Below are positions 35,668-64,000 of a stretch of 64,000 nt of DNA, piece by piece. Position numbers and translations under genes: made by a program. The notes beneath the pieces were generated by a model. It was given only the letters and a program-made list of their open reading frames with translations. It searched no databases and was not told where the DNA came from. Numbering within the stretch: position 1 is the first letter of the stretch; each line of letters starts with the position of its first letter. This DNA is from Lingula anatina (Eukaryota > Animalia > Brachiopoda), in the NCBI GenBank assembly GCA_051362555.1, contig CM120640.1:32817967-32881966 (forward strand), in the 5' to 3' direction.

Positions 35668-38600
35668 ATGGTCAAAGGTGAGGTTACATGTCATTTGTAC
35701 TTTTTTGTACGTATCAGTCATTTGATAGGGAGATCAAATAATATCCATAATCATTGCATGACAGATTCGTCGTTTGCATTACAATTTTCCCAAAATTCAA
35801 TCAAATAGGTCTACTAACTTTGATCAATGTCTCTGGTATTCAGATTAATTATATTGGAAATATATTTACGTGTAGAGGATACCACAAACTGTGACATCCA
35901 AGTCAACTTGTATTTATTCAATTTTCTAAGTACTTTGTTCAGTTTATTTTAAAAATTATCTTAATAAATTTTATTTTTTATTTTTGTATTATCAAGAATA
36001 TATAAAAATCAAATCCTGGAATGTACATATTAAAATTTAGTAAAAAACCAGCTATCAATGTCATACGTTTAGAAATTGTATAATCTTACAACATTTAACG
36101 TACATGCAGAATTTCACATGTTTCCAAGTTGCTGTATTTGTACAAATGTCCTCATTGAAAACTTGTTTTGGATCAGGATGTTGGTGTTGAAGATGCTTAT
36201 TCACCTTAATAAAAACTTTTCATTTATTTATATCATGTTGCAAAGACCTCGATAAGCAAAATCTCCTTAAATTTTAGGTAAAACTGCAGGTATAGTTGGA
36301 GGCAAGGAAAACCTGAAGAAAATCAAAGAAAATAGTACCACGGTTCAAGAGGTAATGAAGCACACCAATAATGTCTCTGTCTAAACTAGACTGTGTGAGT
36401 TATGCAGTTTTGTAAAGATTGTCATGTTTTGGTTTAAAGGTACATATATGAAGCAAGTGTAGATTCCCTATAGTGCATATATCAATAACTAGTACCTGTG
36501 TCTCACACAGCTTAAATAAAGTGCACATGGCAAAATATTAATCATTCAATCAGCAAAAAAAAAAAAAAAAAATAGATTTAAATGTACAGCATGTTTTGAT
36601 CAGAATAAATTTGATGAATAAGTTCTAAATAAAAATATCTTTTACAAAAGCAGTACTACTACTTGTGCTTTTAGGTTAAGAAAAGTATGGAAGATCAGAA
36701 AGAAATTTCAGATCCTCTTTCTCCAAGAATCACAAAATTCTTTCACACAACCCTGAAAGAAGTGGATGAAAGAAGTCTACCCAAAAGAGCTCTTTTGAAG
36801 GAACCAAGTCCTGTTCTTCAGTCAGGTAAACTAAATCAGGTGTCATATAATTAGATGATCTGAGTATGCAGGGTTAAGTCGATATAAAAGTGGAACACAC
36901 GCACAACGCTATTGGGTAAAATCGGCATCGCATCATGAGTCAATTTCTTTATATGGTAAATTGACCTTGCTATAATTAGATTGTATCCTAAACATAATCG
37001 GGTACATGTTAATGCTGTTTTCACAGTTGTGAGGAACAGTTATGGGAAGTTTGCGTACCTGGCTCGACCAGATATGCTTTCGCCAAATTTGCAAAATTAC
37101 TACGCTCATTTTTCAAATTTTTTTCGCCAAAGTCAATTTATCTTCGCATTTGGCGAAATTGGCGAGCGCTAGCCCGACCCCAGTCAGGAATAGCAGTATC
37201 AAACATTGTGCAGACCTAGCCAAGCACTCAGCAATACAAGATAAAGCTGGATAAAGCTAAGTTTTATAACATCCCATTTAATTTTCCGCTGATGATGTTT
37301 TTTTGTATTTTGTCTAACCGGAACTCATGAACCAAGCCAATGGGACATGCTCAGAGATTCTCCAGCTCCTCTGAACTGATAAATCTGCTCATGCGTGTGT
37401 GTGTGTGTGTTTGATTTATTTTTTTTTTTAAATGATCTCCTAATTTTTACATTATTTTTTTCTTGCAGATGGTGCAATAGATGTATCAGCCCAGCACACA
37501 TTTAATTGCAGCCAAAGTGACAGTATATCCAACTCACAATTGACCTCAAAACAGAACGAAGCTGATGTGACAATCCAAAGTGATAAACCAGGTATGAATC
37601 TCACCTATGCAAATGGGTTGTTGGTAGCTAACATCAGCAAATACAGATGCAGTACCCAATACCCTTGGGAGAGGGTGAGGTCATAGTCTTGTTCAGTGGC
37701 ATACCATTTGTTGAATGAACTACTGTTGGGTTTTTGATAGGTCACTCGTGTAAGTAGAATGAATTAAGTTGCCCATCAATTGTAAGAGCAGCTAAGAAAA
37801 TCTGAAGCCCATAAAAGCTCTGTCAAAGTAGTATAAATTCAATTCTTCTTGATAATGCTTAGCGTATTCTTAAGATTTGTTTAAATTTATTGAAACAGCA
37901 CCAGCTGCTGCAACAGCAGGGGCGAAGTTTAAGCAAGGCATTCGGGGTAAGAAAGGTTTGAAGAAGTCGAGCAGTGTGGCAGACAGTCCATCTCAACCAA
38001 GACCAAAGACAACAAAGAAGAAGTATGTACTTTTTACCTTAATGTGTTACTTTGGATAACTTTTTGTAACGTTGGTAAGCAAAATACTAATAATGTTGAA
38101 TTTTGGGCCATAATTCACTTATTAAGTGCACTGTTAATTTAGTGTAAACATCGTCCAGTGGTTATTATTTCAATACAGAATCATTTAAATCCACTTTAGA
38201 GCTGAAGAAGTTTTACACTGCTTCATATATCTGGGTTATTATATATTACTTTATTTTTTATTACTATTATTTTGTAGGAGAAGCACTACAGAAGTGAAAA
38301 GTCACATGGTAACAGACTATTTTCCTGTGAGAAGAAGTGAAAGAAGACCAAAGAAAGAGATAAAAGTAAAGCAAAAAGCTTGATCACAAAATTTTCCTGA
38401 TAATTGTTTATACAAATTCCAGCTATGTCAAACATTGATTGTGAAAAGCAATTTTTGGTTCTCGTATTAGATAGCCACTTAATATTTACATATAAGGTTT
38501 ATATTGCAAAAATTGCATTAATAGTGAAATACTGCTGTTTGATTATTTGGTCAGGAAGAAGAGCAGAAGCATCTTCATGAAGTTATATTGTCTGGAAAAG

Positions 38601-39612
38601 AAGAAGGTCTAAAGGTATGTCAAACATTCCAGCTGTATGTGCTCATAAAACGCAGTTTTTCCAGTAACACCCAACCATTTTCAATTGTAGGTAATAAAGA
38701 CCAATTTTCAAAAATGTCCTATAATGCCTGTATGATTTTCAATTTTAGATGCACAGTGAAGAATTCAAAGCCATGCTAAACAAGATGTATGGATGGTGTT
38801 TGTTTAAATTTATAATTGATATAATGCACATTGCAGGTTGTGGACTTTGAGGGAAAAGGTCGAGGGGTGGTAGCAACCAAACCATTTAAAAGAGGCGATT
38901 TTGTGGTGGAGTATGCAGGGGACTTGATAGACATTGAGGAGGCTAAGAGAAGGGATGCAAAATATGCCACAGATTCCAAGTATGGGTGCTACATGTACTA
39001 CTTTGTCTTCAAGAACAAAAAATACTGGTTTGTATCATATTTTACACAATAGACATAGTATTAATTTGTACATTAAAGACAATTGAAAAGGCAAGATTGA
39101 CTGGTGAAGCTTTCTTGTCATTCTTATATTTATATTTATTTTATTGTTATTATTATTAACGGTGTTGCCGTTTTACTTTGTCAGCAACATGCTTTCAATA
39201 TCTTGGTCGTTACAACATGGAAGACTGACTTCAGTAAAGGAAAATAATGCTAAATTTGTGAAGAAAATTTAGTGTTCATCACATTTTTGTGAATGGTTAT
39301 GGGTGACATGACAGTTGGATAGATATATGAGAAGCACTATAGAATTTATTGGATGCAAATTTCAAAATGCATTACAGAGAATCTGTATTCTTTTCCAGTG
39401 TTGACGCCACAGCAGAATCGGGTCGTCTTGGAAGGCTTCTGAATCACAGCAGTAAATCTGGGAACTGCACGACTAAACTTATAGGTGTAAATGATACACC
39501 ACATCTTATACTGGTAGCTGCTGTAGACATAAAATGTGGGGAAGAATTGACCTACGATTATGGAGATAGGAGTAGAACCTCCATAGAAGCACATCCTTGG
39601 TTGAAGTCCTGA
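35668..39612 (+). CDS. KMT5A: Histone H4K20 monomethyltransferase SETD8 / PR-Set7 (9 exons, ~344 aa)
   Basis: Exons 35668-35677, 36278-36351, 36675-36825, 37469-37591, 37899-38022, 38278-38365, 38555-38614, 38837-39027, 39399-39612, total 1035 nt. SET domain GKGRGVVA..GDFVVEYAGDLI..GCYMYYF..CVDAT.ESGRLGRLLNHS..GEELTYDYGDRS..AHPWLKS and PIP-degron VTDYFPVRRS. Confidence 0.95.
37030..37183. mobile_element. Fragment of a non-autonomous DNA element in a SETD8 intron
   Basis: Repeated TTCGCCAAA/TTGGCGA subterminal motifs ending GCGCTAGCCCGACCCCAG, CpG-rich relative to the flanks. Confidence 0.35.
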
Positions 39613-40579
39613 TAATGACATTTTTTTCAATAAAATTTACAAAATTTTTCTACGTTTTGAGTAGTGGATAGGTTACTCTTTTTCAAAGAAAAAAAAAAAA
39701 AAACTCAGTATTGTCATAAGTGCACAGTCTTTCTATGCTCAAATAAACATTTGATGAAAGAAACGCAGATAATACATTTAGTGTATATACTTTTAATGTC
39801 AGTGATCAGTCATTCTTCTCTCTTCGTGGGAAAGAATCTCAAGAGATTTTAGTTCTACGATGTCTGATATTTTATTTATATCCATTTTGACATTTTAGAA
39901 GAAGTAAAGTTAAGTGTTAGTGCCTTTTTCTGTCAGAAATTAACATATCTGAGTTGTAAACATTTTCAGTGGGATTCATTGAAGATAATTACTTAAATGT
40001 TGTAAATATATTTAGCCCAACAATTGATATAGTTTTAAATAGTCATATCTTATATAAAATTTCCAGTCTTACCATTTGAACGTCGTCTTAGCCTTATTGA
40101 TGTATTTTACAGATTAAGGTTACAGGGTTTTTTTTCTGACTGGGAGAACTGTTTGTATAACCGTAAGTCAGTTTGAGTAGGCTTGAAATATGTGAAACCA
40201 AAGTTTTAGAATATATATAATGTTTATTTATCTACAGTCTTGTTGATAATTTGGTGACATTATGAATGCTAAATACGGCTAAGTTACATTGATTGGCACA
40301 ATTTGGAATTATCCTGCAGAAACATTATTTCAAACAAATATTGACAGAGGGTTGGGTCCCACGGGTATCTGATATTGATTGCGAGATAAATGAACAAGTT
40401 AGTTATTTGATGACAGCAAGAAACACTTCTGATGAAAAATATTCTGATGAAGAAATTGCCAAACGTGTAACAATGAGCCTTCCCGTCAGAAAAAGAAAAT
40501 TGCGAAGACCTGATTTTCAGCAAAGTCGGCAATGCGGCGTTTCAACGTTTTGTAAGACAAAGAGCTTCAGCTCCCTTTA

Positions 40580-40776
40580 CACTGGACGGCGTCCTTTCTG
40601 CGTCCCGTAGTACGGCCCCGTTTGCGAGTAAAAAAATAATACTTTACGTGCCGATACCTGGCCGATCATTGAGCATTTAGTCTGCAATCGAAGCAATACT
40701 TGTGCCCCCTTTCTATGACCACAGCGATGCCAGCTTCATGGTCGCACAAAAGACGCAGAATGGACGCCTTTCAGTG
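40580..40776. repeat. GC-rich inverted repeat with CACTG...CAGTG ends (MITE-like)
   Basis: CACTGGACGGCGTCCTTTCTGCGTC matches the reverse complement of GACGCAGAATGGACGCCTTTCAGTG at 22 of 25 positions. Confidence 0.7.
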
Positions 40777-40821
40777 GGTCTTGGGAACTTGTACGGACAA
40801 TGCGTAAATGATCTATGAGAT

Positions 40822-43029
40822 TCAATGTCTAGAATGCTTAAGCTCCCGAAGTCTCTGGAAAGCCGTTTGCAGGGACATACCGGACCCCCCGTACACTGCG
40901 CGCATGTATCTGAAGCTCACGCTTTCCCCGGCGGACTGAGCTTGTCTGCGCCGTTCTTCCTCTTCTCTTTTCTTTCGTTCAGCCTCTTCCTTTTCTTTTT
41001 CTTGTTGTTCCTTGAGCTGCTGTTCTCTCTTTTGCTTTAGTTCTACCCTTTTCCTGTTTCTGAATGCGGCCAACTTCAATTCGTTTTCTCTTTCTTCGCT
41101 TTTCCGGGCATCGGACAATTCTTGCAGCTCTTTGACAAAAGTATCCACTCGGCTTTTGCAAACTACAGAAGTAGCTTTCTGAAGTAACAGAGCAATATTG
41201 TAATTTACTAAACATTGAATTTAAGACCGTGTTTCAATGTGACGTAGATAAATAACTAAAGTACTGAATTTGCACAATCTTATGACAGTTTTTGCCCTAC
41301 TGGCACTTACCAATTGTTCTCTCAGAATCGATCTTTTTCTCTCTCGGGCTAGATTCGCTGATCGACGGCGCCATGCATAACTGGGCTTAACTGGTGATAC
41401 CACAGTACTGTATGGTACAGAACTACGTCTTCCTTCCCCTGCCAAATGCTGGCCACTGACAGTAGCTCTGTCCATCATATTCCAAAACATACTTTCAGTA
41501 TCTCTTGCTTGAAGAGATCTCGGACTATTCCGACTATCTGCACTTTTTCGAGAAGGCTTGTGTCGTGGTGACTTTGTTTTCATTGAAGGAACTGATTTTG
41601 AGACTAACTCTATATCAGATGAGGGTAGGGTGTCGTCAAATTGGAAAGGGCGAATATTTGGAACTGATGCTGCTTGAACATTTGGTTGACTGGGTTCTCT
41701 TTCGATGCCAACTGATACTTCCTTTCGTTCCTCTACAATACATTGGCTACCATTATTCTTGTCCTTTGTTAGATCTTTCTCCCATGCAACTCTTGGTGTA
41801 CTTTTGTTTTTTGTCTTAGATAAATCACCCGACCTAGCTTGTATACCTTTGGGCTTGCCAATCTGCTCTTTCTTGCTTTTGTGTAGTTTCTCAAAGGCCT
41901 TTGTTTTCAGTGTGTATTCACTTTGTGGAGATCCCAGAAACGTACCACTTGGACCCGTGTGCCACACAGGACCGTCTTTTCGTTCAGAAGCAGTTTTGTC
42001 GAATCTGCCACCTGTATCAGACTCTAACTTCAGTTTGAACTCACACGCGACGCATCGGGAGTGTGAGCAACCCTTTCTTTTTGTTCTCCTTTTCGGGCTG
42101 CTCAATTTTGGACCATGTCCAAAGTTGGTGCTCCCGGGGGCAAATGCATATCGGTCTTCGTCTTCATGTCCATTGGCTATTTGACACAGGAGAATGTATG
42201 GGTCGTCATGTGAATGTGCACGGAGGAAAGACAATTTTTTATTGGAATATGGTCTCTGCGTCTTTCTCATGCTTTCCAGATAGTTTGTAATTTTTGTCAT
42301 ATCTTGTTGTATCTTTTTCAAATCTCTTTTTATTCTTACATCTTCAGGCACTGTTGAGTCTTCGTCTTCTTCTTTTGAATGATCTGAGACTGTCTCCGTT
42401 TTATTATTATGTACATTGCAAAAACCATGCAGCTCCTCCTTGAATGTGTCGCTGCCGTCTTGTTCAATAGTCGGGTGTGCGACAAAATCACTTGATTCAC
42501 CACATGGCTTAGGGAACGCCTTTTGGGTTGAGTTGTCTACTTCTTTCTTTTCATTTTCAAAGCCAACAAAAGGAAATTTCTCACTTTGATCAATCGAGTA
42601 CAGACCGTGGGGATCGTTGCGGAGCTCCCCGTTTGCTTTGTAGCGACTTCCAACTAACCTGTCATCGTACACGTCAGTATCTATGTCATCGCGGCCATAT
42701 TCGTATACGCCCGTTTTTGACATCATCCTCATTTTGTTTTGGGCAACTTGTACTAGGTGCATATCGTGATTTAGCTTCCTGTTGGCCTTGCATTTCAGTT
42801 GCTCAAGGCGGTCACATTCTACTAGTAGTTTTCGGAATTCTATGGCGTTTTTAGGGCACTCTACCACCCGTGCCCCGCGATAGGCAGACGTCAAATCTAA
42901 ACTGCGTCTGTCTGTCAAACGAGCCTTCTCAGATTGGCTCATATGGTGCTTGAAAATCATAATTTTGCTGTCCAGTGCCATTTTGAATAGTTTCCATGTA
43001 AACGTACAAATGCCTTGTTTTGACGTCAT
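40822..43029 (-). CDS. Uncharacterised two-exon protein (~691 aa), largely disordered with a C-terminal charged coiled coil
   Basis: Long exon 43029-41311 (donor TTG|gtaagt) joins in phase 0 to exon 41178-40822 (acceptor cttcag), giving ...SILREQL|KATSVVCKSRVDTFVKELQE...EKEKEEAERKKREEEERRRQ...RELKHSRH*. The true start may be ATG 42981. No family recognised. Confidence 0.75.
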
Positions 43030-44358
43030 AAAACGTGTAGACGAGAGACGTAACGTCGGTTTACGTAATATTTACATGTAGATCTTTGTCTATTTGCAAC
43101 AGGAAGTTAGTTTTTAAATCAATGAAATATGAATAATTAAAATATAAATATAACATAAACAAAATATTAATGATGATAACAGAAAATTGGTACTACAATA
43201 GCGTCGGAAAGGTGTGTCTCAACCAGTGTTGTTAAAACAAATAGTGAACATTATTTTGGCCTATACGTACGTTGCTGAATTTTGCAGGAAAGTTTTTCGC
43301 TACGTAATGATCTAATGCGCATTGCATGCTATTGATATCAACTATTATCATAATGGCGCAACATTTAACTGTAAGAACTAACTAACATTTTTCCTTGTTG
43401 CTCAAAAATCTGTCATAGACACTTTTCCCCGTATCCCCTAAGGACTCTCAATATTATAGACAATATTTTTTAAATTTAAAACAATTTCGGTAATTGAATA
43501 TAATTTGATATTAAGAAAATACGGTTTAAATTAATTGTTCACTTATAACTAAAAGCTGAAAACGTGATAGGTACATCCAACTTGTGGCTAAACCCATCTC
43601 ATGTTTCCAGCAGTTGGAAGGTTAATGGGAAAATTTCATGTTTGTCTGAACGTGATACGGCACTGGTAGGCCTACGTGTTCAGAATGTAAGCTTGTCTAG
43701 GCTTTAATATTGATTTAACTTTGACAAAAAGGGTCTAAAGCTGACGGGTCCAGGATATTACATTTACTAGTGTGTTCAGGATATCAAGAGAGAGAGGGGG
43801 ATGTGAGACATGCATTATCTTTTCCCTTTTTTAATCCAGGAAATCAAAACCATTGATACATGCCCACGTTTTAATACCACAAGCAATTCACTTGCAGTAA
43901 TCTAGAATTACTTGTTTCATGATGACATGGATTCCCAAAGAAAAACACAAATCAAACAATGAACAAAAATACATCTCATAAACGCAATGTGATATTAAAG
44001 TCATTCAAGCAATAAACGTTAAATTGTTTTCTCACTCTTCCAATATTTGGTTTGCGTTTTTGCAGATACAATGCGATGATGACAGTTTCATATGTACCAT
44101 GCACACATCAGGTTGAACACGATATATATGAACGTTTAACAATTCAAAGCATAGTTCAATAAGTCGGCCGATCAGTTGTGCAGTTGAAAAAATCCTGTCC
44201 ATTCTCAACTGCGACTTTGGTTTCTCTTGTTTTTCAGCGCCCCCATCGACCAGAATAAGTCGCACCTGCGCCATTTTGTCGAGGAAGGGAAGTAGAGTAA
44301 CTTGTAGGGTAATTTCAGACCCTCCCACATATTGTATAGCTGTAGTCAGGGCTTCACC

Positions 44359-62334
<17,976 letters not shown>

Positions 62335-64000
62335 ATACTCCACAGGCAAGTATGTGGACTTGCAATACACACTTCTTAGACCATCAGTTGTAGAACAAAG
62401 TCCGAGTTGACATGTGAGGCACTGTAGGAGACAGGAGAATGAAGGACTGCTGGCCTTGTATTAGGATATATGCTTTATAGATTCTGTTATCAAACACTAT
62501 GATAACTTGTGCTGTGATTTAGAGGGAGATCATTATAGACCATCAGTAAGGCTTGTAGACATCCTTTAAAAGACATTTGCAAGCTGATCAACTTGTGCTT
62601 TCCAATATCCAATCTGTGAAGGGCAATGATACTTGCTACAGCCAGTTGGAGATGTTGGTCTGTGATTGGATAGACTGTTCAACAGATTTATGAAAACTGA
62701 CCAGTAGAATCAAGTGTGTAATTTTGGGATCAACAGATCTGTTGTTCCAGAAGGACACGACTCACCTGTTTTCTTTGCACAGCGAAATAAAGACATAAAA
62801 ATGAATCTAGATTTCACAAAGACTGATTATCTTTTATTTTTCTCCCTGCACTAGTTTCTTTACAAAAAATATCTATATTGTAGTATTTAGTCATTAAATT
62901 GTCAAAATTATTAATTGATATGAATTGATGATTGTGGGGTTCACACATCATGTAGTGCTTTAATTTTGAATAAATTTGAATTGCTATGAAGTATTAACTA
63001 ACCATATAATCATTGATATTAAGGGAATGAATTTTTTTAAAATCAATTATTGAAAAAATCCTATATTAGTCTAGTATGGTCACAGTGACATTTTTTAACA
63101 CGAGAATTGTATCAACTAATGGAAATGCTGCATAATTCAGTGGAGCCTTAATTATAACAGTATCGAAGTGCTCTTTTTGGTTTATGTTGTAAGGGATTAG
63201 ATGCATGTTTTGAAGAAGAGAACTACAAAGTACATTTACTTGACCTCATAATAACAATGTTGTTATTACATATAAAGGTAATAATAGTACATTTCCTGTA
63301 CATGCCCCTTATTGTACTCTATTAGGCTGCAATTGAGATATACCTATAAAGACATTGTACAAATGATGTACATAATATTGAAATTATAGCCAGTTGATAC
63401 TTCAGTCAGGAGAAATATATATCTATTTGCATTTTGAATAATAAACACTACAGCACTGTCATAATGACAAAATGTTGTGCCTTTGTACTGCTATGTGAGG
63501 TTGGGCCGAGCTCAAGAGGGAGTCTTCGTAGACTGGTAACTTAGGATGCTTCTTACTTATTCAATTTAGCAGTAACAGAAGATAAAACCTTTGTGTGTAA
63601 CACTGAGTTAGTCTCTTTTTGCAGAAGTATATGTTTGTAAAATGTTATAAAATTGATTTGTTGTCTTGTTATATAGCTGTATATTGAGTACAATTTTTCT
63701 CGAAAGTTGTAAGATCTTATTATTATCATCATTATTATTAATTTTTTGACAACCTTTTTTTTTTGTACTGGAGCTTCCACTTTGTTTTTCATATCTAAGA
63801 AGCCAGTATAAAGATAGAAGCTGGAAATGTTGCCAACTAGTTTTTCTTTTTTGAAATTTGGAAAATTTGCCAAAACATTACATGTTATATATGTGTATGT
63901 TAACAACCTTTCTTCTTTATTGACCAAGCTTTTTTGTCTTACCATAACTGCCAGTTATAGTGTGTGCATTAAATAAAAAAAAGGAAGAAAATAAAAACAG

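Noticed and set aside
40293-40610. 105-aa plus-strand ORF between SETD8 and the orphan gene
   Set aside because: TTG start, no splice or homology support, and it runs into an inverted repeat.

Overview
AT-rich, intron-containing eukaryotic (invertebrate animal, plausibly lophotrochozoan) DNA. It holds seven spliced protein-coding genes that I could assemble exon by exon: RDH12/13-like SDR (+), CCDC42/CFAP73-family coiled-coil (-), NipSnap (+), a ~1680-aa C2H2 zinc-finger protein (-), SETD8/PR-Set7 (+), an uncharacterised two-exon coiled-coil gene (-) and p90 RSK (+). Six of these form three head-to-head pairs. The window also has the decayed 3' end of a SWIM-finger DNA transposon, a tRNA-derived SINE and several MITE-like foldbacks. 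The best novel candidate is a tandemly duplicated, frame-enforced mutually exclusive exon pair (2a/2b) in NipSnap that swaps the segment right after the mitochondrial targeting peptide. Next are a putative internal promoter of the zinc-finger gene whose first splice donor lies inside a hairpin, and an alternative first exon of RSK. All gene models were read by eye and need RNA-seq confirmation.
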